Shown piece by piece: positions 19,207-29,073 of a stretch of DNA of 64,000 bases; position 1 is the stretch's first letter; each line of letters starts with the position of its first letter. The translations under genes and the position numbers were made by a program. The DNA comes from an uncultured Candidatus Saccharibacteria bacterium (GTDB lineage: Bacteria; Patescibacteriota; WWE3; 2-01-FULL-39-13): contig OZ246395.1 of NCBI GenBank assembly GCA_965230915.1, positions 728,935 through 792,934 on the forward strand, read 5' to 3'. The notes under the pieces were generated by a model. The model worked only from the letters and a program-made list of their open reading frames with translations. It had not been told where the DNA came from and searched no databases.

Positions 19207-19965
19207 TTACCCAAGCGCTTCTATTAAGGCTCTGGCCACATCGTCTATTCCACTTGCTTCTATTGTATCTTCGTGAGAAGTACCTGCGGCATGCAATGCC
19301 CAAGGGCTCGGCAATGCAACCTGGTAGGCATAGCCTGCTTCGCGTGAAGCTTTAACGTCTCCCGTTCGGTTATCACCTACTGAAATTGCTTGGAATCCCT
19401 GTAAACCCAAGTTATCTAGGCTTTGTTTCCAATGTTCAGGCCCTTTTTGTGAATTTTCGTGTGCAATTGTTATTGAATCTAAATGTCGGTCTAATTCCGT
19501 TGTTTGAAGCTTAAAGTAACTCCAAGGTTCGTTTGCGTGGGTTACTAAACCGCGCTTAATTCCTCCATCGCCTAATGTTTGAAGAAGCTCAGTTGCACCC
19601 TCGCGCAGTTCAGGAACAATTCGATATATATCATGCAAAATTGAAATGTTTTCGATAAGAAAGTCATGATGCCCGTAAATATCGGCAACTTCTTTTATAA
19701 TATTGTGCCAAATCCCAGGGCCAACTCCATGTGAAGTGACAATTTTATTTGTGGCTTTGACCCAATCGGCCGAATAGGCTTCCATATTAAATCCGAAGGT
19801 TGAATATACTCTCTGGTGTAATTCACGAATCTGCCTTTGGAATATTATGTTTGTATGAATTAGCGTATCGTCGAGGTCGAAAACAACTGCTTTGATTCCA
19901 CGATTTCTAAGTACTTCGACTAATTTAGATGGCTGCTCCTGCGGCTCGGGGTTTAAAAAATTCAT
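19207..19965 (-). CDS. HAD-superfamily hydrolase
   Basis: VVFDLDDTL motif I, GLVT, K, VGDNRTGD motif IV. Confidence 0.85.
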   Translation of the reverse strand: MNFLNPEPQEQPSKLVEVLRNRGIKAVVFDLDDTLIHTNIIFQRQIRELHQRVYSTFGFNMEAYSADWVKATNKIVTSHGVGPGIWHNIIKEVADIYGHHDFLIENISILHDIYRIVPELREGATELLQTLGDGGIKRGLVTHANEPWSYFKLQTTELDRHLDSITIAHENSQKGPEHWKQSLDNLGLQGFQAISVGDNRTGDVKASREAGYAYQVALPSPWALHAAGTSHEDTIEASGIDDVARALIEALG

Positions 19966-20035
19966 AAAATTTTGGCAGGAAATTGTTTATGAAGTTATTT
20001 ATATAATTTTTTATGAAAGAAAGCTATTAGAAATA

Positions 20036-20084
20036 AAAAAAGACACTAGGCTTCAATCGTTAGATTGTGACACAGCCTAGTGTC
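20036..20084 (-). terminator. long intrinsic terminator hairpin
   Basis: GACACTAGGCT...AGCCTAGTGTC with inner CAATC/GATTG, followed by TTTTTT. Confidence 0.78.
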
Positions 20085-20109
20085 GAGGTGTAAGGTTTTG
20101 ACCTTACGC

Positions 20110-20310
20110 TTACGCAACGTCGATTGGGGCGATGCCAATTGCCATGCCTACGCATAGCCATGGTCTGCCACCATACCTAACGATACGTGTTGGAAAGATC
20201 ACCGTCGGGAAGAATTTTTTTAAAGATTGCTCTTCGGCGATGTGAACAGTAACTTCAGCCTGACTTTGATCCAAACTGGGATCATTCCGACCAGGCACCA
20301 AATCACACAT
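20110..20310 (-). CDS. small orphan protein (66 aa)
   Basis: AAGGAG SD upstream of ATG 20310 (MCDLVPG...), just after the stop of the upstream small ORF. Confidence 0.5.
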   Translation of the reverse strand: MCDLVPGRNDPSLDQSQAEVTVHIAEEQSLKKFFPTVIFPTRIVRYGGRPWLCVGMAIGIAPIDVA

Positions 20311-20326
20311 TTGACTGCTCCTTTCT

Positions 20327-20530
20327 TTACCCCATATAACCGTTTTGACGCCTCTTTTCGGCGCGGATTTCGGCCAGTACAACCGGCATGTTCACATTCG
20401 TAACAGGAGCTACTGGCACCTCTGAGGTGGCCGCTTCGTCAGCCTCAGCCTGTCGGGTCTCTAAAGAAGCTGTTACGGCTGCAATATCTGCCGCAACGTC
20501 TTCCGGAGTTGGGTAAGTTTGATTTCCCAT
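20327..20530 (-). CDS. small acidic Ala-rich orphan protein (67 aa)
   Basis: SD-like GAAAGGGTG and a near-consensus promoter upstream. Confidence 0.55.
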   Translation of the reverse strand: MGNQTYPTPEDVAADIAAVTASLETRQAEADEAATSEVPVAPVTNVNMPVVLAEIRAEKRRQNGYMG

Positions 20531-20584
20531 GCTATATCACCCTTTCTGGTGAAAAAACAAAACAATATCGTTTAAACGGTTTAT

Positions 20585-20612
20585 ATAGTACCAATTCCCA
20601 TGTGAATGTCAA
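20585..20612 (-). promoter_or_regulatory. sigma70-type promoter
   Basis: TTGACA-N16-TACTAT with TG extension. Confidence 0.65.
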
Positions 20613-20624
20613 GACTATAGGCCT

Positions 20625-20924
20625 TTAATGCGCAAATTTGAATTCGCGAGGATTTGTTTTATCCTGGGCATGGTCAATGCACGTTCCAACAACTAAACCG
20701 TAACATTGCCCCGAACAACTTTGAATACATGACCTTTCGCCAAAATACTCACATTTTAGATTTGCATAACCTACACATGACTGAAAGCATCCGCCCATAG
20801 GCGGCATTACGTCTCTACATCTACTAGATACACCGGAATCTATACTAACCGGCCATAGGAAATAAACAAGAAAGGGCAACAAAAGTAAAAAAATGGAAAT
20901 TAGGAATATTCTTACTTTATTCAT
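20625..20924 (-). CDS. small membrane-anchored cysteine-rich protein
   Basis: N-terminal TM followed by 8 Cys in about 50 aa. Confidence 0.6.
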   Translation of the reverse strand: MNKVRIFLISIFLLLLPFLVYFLWPVSIDSGVSSRCRDVMPPMGGCFQSCVGYANLKCEYFGERSCIQSCSGQCYGLVVGTCIDHAQDKTNPREFKFAH

Positions 20925-20934
20925 TTATAGCAGT

Positions 20935-22062
20935 TTAAATTTTTTCTCTTACAAAATCCATAAATTTCTTTTTAAAATTCTCTTTGCTAAAAGTTAAAGC
21001 ATGGGCACGAATTTTATCGGCGTCAAAATGCTTATCATTTAATTGGTGAATTCCGGCGAGTAAAGATTCCTCGGTTAACTGATTAAAAAATACTCCAACG
21101 TCCGGGTTAACAGTTTCTAAATATCCCCCTTCGCGTAAAGCTACTACAGGTTTGCCGTACATCATTGGCTCAAGTGGAGCCATTCCAAAGTCTTCATCTT
21201 TAACCGCGCAAATCACTGCTTTGCAGTTTTCGTATAATTTCCTCTTTTCGTCATCCGAAACAAATCCGACCATTTCGACCGAAGAATAATTTTTAGCTAA
21301 ATCTTTAAGACGATTTTCAGCAGGACCAGTACCGGCAACTTTTAACGGTAAGTCATTTTTGCCACATGTATCTATTATTAAATCGATATTTTTATAAGCC
21401 GCTAAACGTGAAATTACCAAAAAATAATCACCTTTAATTTTTTTTGCTGTTTCAAAATCGGCTTCATCAACTGCTACAGCCGGAAACGGATTTATGACGG
21501 TCGCATCTCGACCATAAATTTTTTTTATACGCTCACGAACTGTTTCAGAATTGCAAATTAAATAGTCAGGCCGCTGTGCGAACTTTTTATCCATATATCG
21601 CAAATATGAATCAAGCGGATTCAAAATTAACTTCCACCAAAACGAATCTCGCTTGCGAATTTCGCCTTGTAGTCCATATAAAAATCGTGGTGGAGTATGA
21701 ATGTATGAAATATGAATCTGATTTTTATTTGTTTTAGCTCCCTTTGCAAAGTGGGCTGTTGAAGAAATCACCAAATCATAATTTCGCAAGTCTAAATGCT
21801 CGAAATAAATCGGAAGATTCGCAATTAAAACTTTATGCATAAATCTTCGGAGATTTCCTGGAATATTGTTTCGCCACTGCGGATAATGAATTTTTGCGTT
21901 CATAAAAGCCTTAGCTTTATCCATAACTTCTTTGTTATATGTTGCTGTATAAATATCGGCCTGAGGAAAAAGTTCCCAGATCGCATTGACTACTCCTTCG
22001 GCTCCTCCATATTCGTGCATGTAATCGTGAACAATTGCGACCTTTAAATCTGGTTTAACCAT
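20935..22062 (-). CDS. glycosyltransferase family 4 (WbaZ-like)
   Basis: VAIVHDY..GGAE, YIHTPPR, SRLAAYKN, EDFGMAPLEPM..GKPV. Confidence 0.9.
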   Translation of the reverse strand: MVKPDLKVAIVHDYMHEYGGAEGVVNAIWELFPQADIYTATYNKEVMDKAKAFMNAKIHYPQWRNNIPGNLRRFMHKVLIANLPIYFEHLDLRNYDLVISSTAHFAKGAKTNKNQIHISYIHTPPRFLYGLQGEIRKRDSFWWKLILNPLDSYLRYMDKKFAQRPDYLICNSETVRERIKKIYGRDATVINPFPAVAVDEADFETAKKIKGDYFLVISRLAAYKNIDLIIDTCGKNDLPLKVAGTGPAENRLKDLAKNYSSVEMVGFVSDDEKRKLYENCKAVICAVKDEDFGMAPLEPMMYGKPVVALREGGYLETVNPDVGVFFNQLTEESLLAGIHQLNDKHFDADKIRAHALTFSKENFKKKFMDFVREKI

Positions 22063-22180
22063 AGTGCTATTTTAGCAGAAAAGACGGCCTAATCTGAGGC
22101 CTATAGTATCTCAAGCCGCGATGTGGTAGTATATAGCCCGATTCAGCAGTCTCATCAATAAACTATAAAGGAGAGAGCAA

Positions 22181-22555
22181 ATGTTAGAGGTAACTGTGGG
22201 TTTGAGCATAAATGTCCCCTTACGAGGGGAAGATCTTGCTACAATCTCTAGGAAGCTGACAAATCTTATTGAAGATGTCTTCAGGGGTATGGGCGATCGG
22301 TTGAAGTGCACTATTGCATATCACTACAGTGGCACATCCGAAAACCCTGACGAACCCCCAAAGGTTAACGTGAATCTTATCGCCATTAGGACGGCGTCGT
22401 GGGTAACCCCTGACGAAATGAACCGGGAGCTTTCGCTTGGTGTGTTATACACCACGCAGCTTAAGGAGTCGGTAATTCCCGACTTCTTCCAGCTAATCTT
22501 CGACCTGCCTCCTGAATCAATTGAGGTGAGCGCTATTCTTTACCGCAAGATCTAG
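22181..22555 (+). CDS. orphan hypothetical protein (GC-richer)
   Basis: AAGGAG SD upstream; followed by a long bulged hairpin. Confidence 0.55.
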   Translation: MLEVTVGLSINVPLRGEDLATISRKLTNLIEDVFRGMGDRLKCTIAYHYSGTSENPDEPPKVNVNLIAIRTASWVTPDEMNRELSLGVLYTTQLKESVIPDFFQLIFDLPPESIEVSAILYRKI

Positions 22556-22563
22556 CGACCACA

Positions 22564-22612
22564 GGAACGACCTCTATCGCCCGGCCGAAAAGCCAAAGCG
22601 ATATGTCGTTCC
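22564..22612. terminator. long bulged hairpin between convergent genes
   Basis: GGAACGAC..TATCGC..GGC/GCC..GCGATA..GTCGTTCC. Confidence 0.6.
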
Positions 22613-22619
22613 AAAAATT

Positions 22620-23582
22620 TTAAAAAAGGCTTACCTGTTTTCCAGCCCTTTCACTTTTCGCCAAGTCATCTTTTACCTTTTTAATATCAGCGAGTTTATC
22701 TAATTTTTTCATTAGACTAAAAAATTCCAACTCATTAAAAAGTGCACGAACGCGTTCAACATCAAAGTCGTGAACGACACAGTCATTTAAATCAAAATCA
22801 ATCGGAACATTAGTAATAATTGTTGCAAGCTGCTTACTCATAAATGCGGCATCTTTGTCGGCCTCTAATTTATTGCGAACTCCTTCCGGGGTAATCTTAT
22901 CTATATTTTCATAAATTTCTTCGATCGAGCCATATTGCTGTAGTAAAGTTTTTGCTGTTTTATCCCCGATACCTTTAACACCCGGAATACTGTCGCTTGG
23001 ATCTCCGCGTAAGGCTTTATAATCGATCATTTGGATTGGTTCAAATCCATAATGTTCAATGAATGTCGGCTCGTCAAAGATTACACTTTTTACAAATGGA
23101 GGACGCGCAGGGCGATAAACATGAATTCGATCGGTAATTAATTGAAGCAAATCTTGGTCGGCTGTCGCAATAGTCACCTGCGCGTCCTGCGAAGCAAGAT
23201 TGGCAACAGTTCCAACTACATCGTCTCCTTCAAATCCATTTTGAGTAATGCGAGGAATATTAAACGCTTCCAGCAACTCAATTACCCGGGGCAATTGACC
23301 TTTAAAAATCATTTCATTTTCGAAGTCCATTCGAACACGTGTAATTTGATAATTTCCATATAATTCTTTTCGAAAAGATGGCTGCTCTTCGCTTTCCCAA
23401 CCACATGCAATATGTGTCGGATTAAATTTTGCAATCGAATCAAGTAGCGACTGAGCCAATCCAAAAGTAATATTTGTATATTCTTCCTTTGAATTCTGCA
23501 TATCTTTCGGATACGCATGAAATGATCTATGCAAAAAATAAAATGTATCTATTAATAAAAGTTTTTTTAAGTCTTCGGCCAT
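22620..23582 (-). CDS. stand-alone 5'-3' exonuclease / flap endonuclease (Pol I N-terminal domain)
   Basis: LLLID, FEGDDVVGT, TADQDLLQL, ALRGDPSDSIPGVKGIGDKTA (H3TH); ends QVSLF. Confidence 0.9.
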   Translation of the reverse strand: MAEDLKKLLLIDTFYFLHRSFHAYPKDMQNSKEEYTNITFGLAQSLLDSIAKFNPTHIACGWESEEQPSFRKELYGNYQITRVRMDFENEMIFKGQLPRVIELLEAFNIPRITQNGFEGDDVVGTVANLASQDAQVTIATADQDLLQLITDRIHVYRPARPPFVKSVIFDEPTFIEHYGFEPIQMIDYKALRGDPSDSIPGVKGIGDKTAKTLLQQYGSIEEIYENIDKITPEGVRNKLEADKDAAFMSKQLATIITNVPIDFDLNDCVVHDFDVERVRALFNELEFFSLMKKLDKLADIKKVKDDLAKSERAGKQVSLF

Positions 23583-23594
23583 TATTGTAATAAT

Positions 23595-24149
23595 TTACTT
23601 ACCTTTCCAAATTGTTTCTTTATAGCCTAATTTTATATTAACGTAACGGGCTATCATAAAAAGTAAATCGGACAACCTATTAAGATAAGGTAAAAATATT
23701 TGCATCGAAGGGCTATTTATTGCGACAGCAGCGCGCTCAACATTTCGAACGTTTGTTCTTGCAAAATGAATCATCGCCCCAGTTTTTGACCCGCCCGGCA
23801 AGATAAAGTTGGTTAGTTTTGGCAAAATTTTTTCGAAATCGTCGATTGTTTTTTCTATATTTTTGATTTCTTCTTCTGAAGTAAATTCAAGTTTTGCACC
23901 GGTAGCAATTGCCCCGACAATAAATAAATCTTTTTGAATGCTTTCAAGAATTTCGATTTCAATTTTAAATTTGGAACCTTCTATTGCATCGAGATTAGCA
24001 ACACACAATCCTAAAATCGCATTTAGTTCATCGAGTTGTCCTACGAAATCTATTATCGGAGAGTCCTTTCTAACTCTCTGACCTGTAGCTAAACTTGTTT
24101 CGCCTTTGTCACCTGTACGTGTATATAGTGCCATAATTTTATATTTCAA
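23595..24149 (-). CDS. PduO-type ATP:cob(I)alamin adenosyltransferase
   Basis: YTRTGDKGET, DELNA, FILPGG, ARTNVRNVER, YLNRLSDLLF. Confidence 0.88.
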   Translation of the reverse strand: MKYKIMALYTRTGDKGETSLATGQRVRKDSPIIDFVGQLDELNAILGLCVANLDAIEGSKFKIEIEILESIQKDLFIVGAIATGAKLEFTSEEEIKNIEKTIDDFEKILPKLTNFILPGGSKTGAMIHFARTNVRNVERAAVAINSPSMQIFLPYLNRLSDLLFMIARYVNIKLGYKETIWKGK

Positions 24150-24188
24150 ATTAAAAGCGCACTTATGCGCCTAGGTAAATAATATCAT

Positions 24189-24824
24189 TTAAGCAGATAA
24201 CTGACCGTATAATCCTTCTTTTATTGATTGAGGTATATAAGTTTCACTTAATGAAGCAATTCTATTAATAACTTTTCTATTTAGAATGACATCCCATCCT
24301 TCATCTGTGTCGTCGAGCTGTAAATCACCTTCGATATATGAAACGCTGTTCCGTTGCCTCTTTTCAAATCCAGTTACATCGTCAGTAAGAGAGAGCAACT
24401 CAGATAGCCATTCGATAACTAAATCGGCTTCTTCTTCGGAATCACCAGCCATAACCGTTAAAGCTTCTGGCAGATCTTCATTGTGTCCTTCTGGTATTTC
24501 TAGCAAATCGTTTCTTACTCTAAAGGCCAAATCAGTATTTAATAGAAATAATTGGCTTTCGATATAACCAAATTCTAATGATTCATGGATATACATACCT
24601 ACGTCTATTGCTACATCTACCTGATCTGAATAAAAGTATGCCGCAGCCACAGGCAAATTTATTGGCGATCTTTTGTCAAAAACAAGAACTTGGTATGCAT
24701 CGAAATTTGAATCATCTCTTTGGCAGTTTATAGAATAATTTGAATTGAACTCAAATAAATTCGCGATTCTTCCATCTCCACCAGATAGCTCCCCACTAAT
24801 TAAGTGATCGTTTAAATTAAGCAT
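24189..24824 (-). CDS. acidic hypothetical protein
   Basis: 211-aa ORF in the minus-strand gene run; no motif recognised. Confidence 0.55.
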   Translation of the reverse strand: MLNLNDHLISGELSGGDGRIANLFEFNSNYSINCQRDDSNFDAYQVLVFDKRSPINLPVAAAYFYSDQVDVAIDVGMYIHESLEFGYIESQLFLLNTDLAFRVRNDLLEIPEGHNEDLPEALTVMAGDSEEEADLVIEWLSELLSLTDDVTGFEKRQRNSVSYIEGDLQLDDTDEGWDVILNRKVINRIASLSETYIPQSIKEGLYGQLSA

Positions 24825-24844
24825 TATTTAGGTTTTGGGCGGTT

Positions 24845-26134
24845 TTATTTTGGCGAAACTTTATAAATTACACCAGCTTTATCATCTGAAATATAAACAT
24901 TATCGCCATTTGATTCAATATCAACCGGCCTTCCCAAAACTTCGTTATTTTCATCTAGCCATCCGGTTATAAAATCTTCGGTGCTTTGATAATTCCCATC
25001 TTCGTCTAAAACAATTCTGACTATTTTATAACCAGTCGGCTCAGTGCGATTCCACGAACCATGAAATGCAACCAATAAATCATTTTTATAATCGTTTGAC
25101 CAACTATCTGGTATAAAATCTAAACCTAAAGCAGCGGAATGTGCCTGCAATTTAATCTTTGGAATAATCGAATTCGAACATTTTACCCCAGCCTGTTCTG
25201 AATCATCAAAACTTTTATCCTGAACTTTATCGTCATAACAAATTGGCCAACCATAAAATCCGTTTTCTTGTAAAACGTTAATTTCATCTGGCGGAACATT
25301 ATCACCTAACCCATCACGCCCATTGTCCGTTGCCCAAATTTCTTCGGTTCCTGGTCTTTGTTCCAAAAAGACCGAATTTCGAAGCCCGTTCGAAAAAACA
25401 TCAAGGTTAGTTCCATCTAAATTAGATATTAAAACTGCGGCACGTTTTGAATCTTTTTCGTTGCAAACATTGCACGACGATCCTACCGAAGTAAACAATT
25501 TTGGCCCACCTTTATAATTAAAGATCTCAATAGTTCTACTAAAGTGGTTGTTGTAACCGTCGGCTGGTAAGGTAAATAATCTCTTAACGAAAATTGCGTT
25601 TACACCCTCTGGGTCATATGAATACAAACTAACCTTATCTGTTTCAGCTATATATAGATCACATGGTCCTTTTGAAATCAGCTTTCCATCGCAGTTCAGC
25701 GCTAACCCATGCGGCAATCTTAAATCTATCACGAGTGTCTTCATTTCGCCTTTTCCATCACCATTTACATCATTAAAAGCCACAACTCGGCCTGAATCAA
25801 TTAGGCTTGCCAAAATATTACCTTTCGGATCAAATCGTAATACCCGAACTTTGCCTAAGTCTTGAGCAAAAATGCTTATATTAAAGCTATTTGGAATGTT
25901 AAGTGGTCCGATTCCAATGACTTCTGTGTTTTTTAGAGACATGTCCGTAGAAACTTCATCTGGCTGAGATTCAACAGCATTTTCTTCATTTATTTCTGCA
26001 ACAATATCCCGTGAAGGTTGCTCATTAGGCTTATTAATAGGTTTAAATACATTAAAGTAAAAATATATACCTGCACCTACAATCCCAATAACAAATAGAA
26101 TTAATACTGTTACGAGTACCTTTTGAACTGACAT
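24845..26134 (-). CDS. membrane-anchored PQQ-dependent sugar/sorbosone dehydrogenase family beta-propeller
   Basis: SVGSSCNVCNE, GLRN, DNGRD..GDNVPPDEIN, YGWP, AHSAALG, HGSWNR, GRPVD. Confidence 0.85.
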   Translation of the reverse strand: MSVQKVLVTVLILFVIGIVGAGIYFYFNVFKPINKPNEQPSRDIVAEINEENAVESQPDEVSTDMSLKNTEVIGIGPLNIPNSFNISIFAQDLGKVRVLRFDPKGNILASLIDSGRVVAFNDVNGDGKGEMKTLVIDLRLPHGLALNCDGKLISKGPCDLYIAETDKVSLYSYDPEGVNAIFVKRLFTLPADGYNNHFSRTIEIFNYKGGPKLFTSVGSSCNVCNEKDSKRAAVLISNLDGTNLDVFSNGLRNSVFLEQRPGTEEIWATDNGRDGLGDNVPPDEINVLQENGFYGWPICYDDKVQDKSFDDSEQAGVKCSNSIIPKIKLQAHSAALGLDFIPDSWSNDYKNDLLVAFHGSWNRTEPTGYKIVRIVLDEDGNYQSTEDFITGWLDENNEVLGRPVDIESNGDNVYISDDKAGVIYKVSPK

Positions 26135-26195
26135 GTTTTTACAATACCCTAAAACACACTATTAAACAAACAAGATTAAATATAAAATTAGCATA

Positions 26196-27575
26196 ATGCG
26201 ATTTCTAGAAAATATAAATAAAAGCCTGTTGATTATTGTTATTTTTCTAGCTTCAGTACTGCTTTCTTACAAATACATAGACTTCGGGTCAAACATGTCA
26301 GTTGCAACCGGCCACGTATATCTTGCCAAAAGCCTAGCACTAGATCACACCTTTAAATTAAATAATTATTGGCAAAATGCAGGTGTAGATGTGATTACTG
26401 TTAATGGTGATTACTATTTGCCGTATGCTCCGCTAAATGCCATTTTGATGGCGATTCCGTATATTGCGTTACAAATTATTTATTATTTTTATACAAATTC
26501 TCTTGGAGAAATAAACGGCGATATCTCGATAATTTTTGAAAGTTTTGCCTTTTCTTTGCCATCTTCACTGGCACTTTTAGGAATTTTACTTTTACTAAAA
26601 AAATACTGCGATAAATTCTTAAAGCTATCTAAATCTCAATTAGGTCTATTATTAATCGCTACATCTTTTGGAACATTACTTTTCATTTATAGTCTCTCGT
26701 TTTTTCATCATCTAATATCTGCTTTTTTAATTTTTGCCGCATTCTATTTATTAAATTCACAGGCAAAAAATAAATATATTTTTGCTGGAATACTAACTGG
26801 CGCTGCATTTCTAACAGAATTTTTAACAGCATTTTTCTCGATTGCACTTTTAATCGCCGAATTCACAAATTTAGTCCGCCGCAAGAAAACATTTAAACAG
26901 GTGTTTTCTGAACTTATTCAGTTTGCGATTCCGGTTGCTGTAGCAATTGGTTTAATACTCACTTATAACCACTTTATATTTGGAGGTCCTCTCATTTTCG
27001 GCGAATCAATCTTTATCGCACAACGAACTGCAAGCGGTGTCGACTGGGACGGTTTTCGGGAAAATCCATTATATGGCCTTTACGGTTCAATGTTCTCTCC
27101 ATTAAAAGGTTTATTTGTTTACAGCCCATTTTTACTTTTCGCTATATTGGGATTGCGAAGTTTTTTTAAGTCACACAAATATCAGGCAACACTAGCAATA
27201 TCTTATATAATAATATTGACCGTACTTTATTCAATGTGGAGCGACTGCTTTGGGGCAACGGTTTATGGTACAAGATATTTAATCGGCGTTATTCCATTTT
27301 GGTGTCTGATAGCGGCTTACTCTTTCGAAACAATTTATAAAAGCTCAATACTAAAAAATATTTTTTATATAGCAGTTGCACTTAGCATTTTTGTAAATAC
27401 AACAAATTCAATATTTGGAATCGCCCAAAGTAAAATGGAACAATGCGATGTGTATTTGAATACATATACTCCATATCACAGAATAGTTGAGGCTACTACG
27501 TACAAAGGTCAACCAATCAAGTTGTCGCCAGCAATAATAGATTTTTATAGGGATAAATACTTTCCAGATAATTGA
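26196..27575 (+). CDS. polytopic membrane protein, likely GT-C fold glycosyltransferase
   Basis: About 11 TM segments; YNHFIFGGP, FSPLKGLFVYSP and GTRYL motifs. Confidence 0.6.
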   Translation: MRFLENINKSLLIIVIFLASVLLSYKYIDFGSNMSVATGHVYLAKSLALDHTFKLNNYWQNAGVDVITVNGDYYLPYAPLNAILMAIPYIALQIIYYFYTNSLGEINGDISIIFESFAFSLPSSLALLGILLLLKKYCDKFLKLSKSQLGLLLIATSFGTLLFIYSLSFFHHLISAFLIFAAFYLLNSQAKNKYIFAGILTGAAFLTEFLTAFFSIALLIAEFTNLVRRKKTFKQVFSELIQFAIPVAVAIGLILTYNHFIFGGPLIFGESIFIAQRTASGVDWDGFRENPLYGLYGSMFSPLKGLFVYSPFLLFAILGLRSFFKSHKYQATLAISYIIILTVLYSMWSDCFGATVYGTRYLIGVIPFWCLIAAYSFETIYKSSILKNIFYIAVALSIFVNTTNSIFGIAQSKMEQCDVYLNTYTPYHRIVEATTYKGQPIKLSPAIIDFYRDKYFPDN

Positions 27576-27579
27576 TAAG

Positions 27580-29016
27580 TTACATAGGACCTTCGTCGGC
27601 CTTAATTTCTTCTGTAACTTTTTCTTCCATCTTAAATTCATGTGTTAATTGCTTATCTTTCCAAGTACCCATTCTGTATATTATTACAACAATAATGGAA
27701 CCAATAATGCTTGAAATCGGCCATGACGCCCATAAGCCCTGGACACCCATTATGCTATCCCTGGATAGAATATACGCAGATGGAAAAGCCACGAGCCATA
27801 AAACAGCAATTGAAATTATCATAGACATAGTCGTGTTACCAGCCCCTCTAAAGCTTCCGCTTAATACTTGTTGAACACCCATAAATCCAAAGCCTATACT
27901 CATCCATCTTATTGCGTTTGCGCTTTCCTTTAGTGCAAGCCCGGCATTCGGAAGGAAAAATGCAGCGATTTGATATGCAAAAATATAGCTTAGAATTCCA
28001 ACAATGGCTAAAGAAATGAAACCAACAATCGACGAAGTTTTTGCAATATCTTCTGCGTGCTTTTTATCTCCGGCGCCTATACTTTGACCGACAAGAGCTG
28101 CAGTCGCAATTGATAATCCAAAGGCAGGAATAATAACAAATGAATAAACACGACCGCCAATTCCATATGCGGCCAAAATATCGGTTCCAAATCCAGCTAT
28201 CAAAAAAGACATCGCCATAAGCGCTAATGCAACAGCTGACTGCTCAATTGAGGAAGGCAAACCCAGCATAAACATTTTCCTAATTAATGGGAAATCAAAA
28301 GATGGAATTTTCTTTTCTATATGTATTCCATATTTGCCGGTAAACATTACATACAAACCAATCAAAGAAGCAATTGTCTGAGTCAAAATTGTTGCAATCG
28401 CTGCTCCGGTAACCCCATAAGCCGGAACAAACCAATAACCATTTATAAAAAGCGGATCTAAAATAAAATTCAATAAAACCGTGCTCAAAACTATATATGT
28501 TGGAATCTTTCCCTCACCAACACCTCTCATTAATGATTCAAACACAAAATAAGTAAAAATAGCGATTATTCCAATAAAGGAAACCTGCAAATAGCTAACG
28601 GCCAATGGAAAAACTTCATCAGAAACTTCGCTAGCTCTAATAATAGCTGGAGTTATTAAGTAACCTACAATTGAAATAACAATAGAAATAATAAAAAGCA
28701 TCAAAAAGGTCTGCGTTACTATATGATTTACAGCTTTTTGATCCCCTTTGCCTTTAAACTGGGATACCAATATAGACCCTGCAATTGGAAGACCTCCACC
28801 TAATGAAATTAACAAAAATAGAGGTGGAAAGCTTAGCGACACGGCAGCCGTAGCAGCATTCCCAAGTCTACCGACCCAAAAAGTATCGGTTAGCTGGTAC
28901 ATAGTCTGCAACAAATTCCCGATAACAATTGGCACAGCCAATTTTAATAGGGCATCTATAGTTTTACGTTCTATGTTTATACCTAGAAAATTCATACAAA
29001 TAGCAGCTGAGGACAA
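27580..29016 (-). CDS. MATE family efflux transporter
   Basis: LAVPIVIGNLLQTMYQLTDTFWVGRLG, NFILDPLFI, GVTGAAIAT. Confidence 0.92.
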   Translation of the reverse strand: MSSAAICMNFLGINIERKTIDALLKLAVPIVIGNLLQTMYQLTDTFWVGRLGNAATAAVSLSFPPLFLLISLGGGLPIAGSILVSQFKGKGDQKAVNHIVTQTFLMLFIISIVISIVGYLITPAIIRASEVSDEVFPLAVSYLQVSFIGIIAIFTYFVFESLMRGVGEGKIPTYIVLSTVLLNFILDPLFINGYWFVPAYGVTGAAIATILTQTIASLIGLYVMFTGKYGIHIEKKIPSFDFPLIRKMFMLGLPSSIEQSAVALALMAMSFLIAGFGTDILAAYGIGGRVYSFVIIPAFGLSIATAALVGQSIGAGDKKHAEDIAKTSSIVGFISLAIVGILSYIFAYQIAAFFLPNAGLALKESANAIRWMSIGFGFMGVQQVLSGSFRGAGNTTMSMIISIAVLWLVAFPSAYILSRDSIMGVQGLWASWPISSIIGSIIVVIIYRMGTWKDKQLTHEFKMEEKVTEEIKADEGPM

Positions 29017-29073
29017 ACGTTAAGTGTCTTAAGCCTATTTATTATACACCCACATGCTAAAATTTAAGTACTC

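Noticed and set aside
20110-20530. Possible frameshifted single gene or programmed frameshift
   Set aside because: The downstream ORF has its own AAGGAG SD and an ATG at 20310, after the upstream stop, so two small genes explain it
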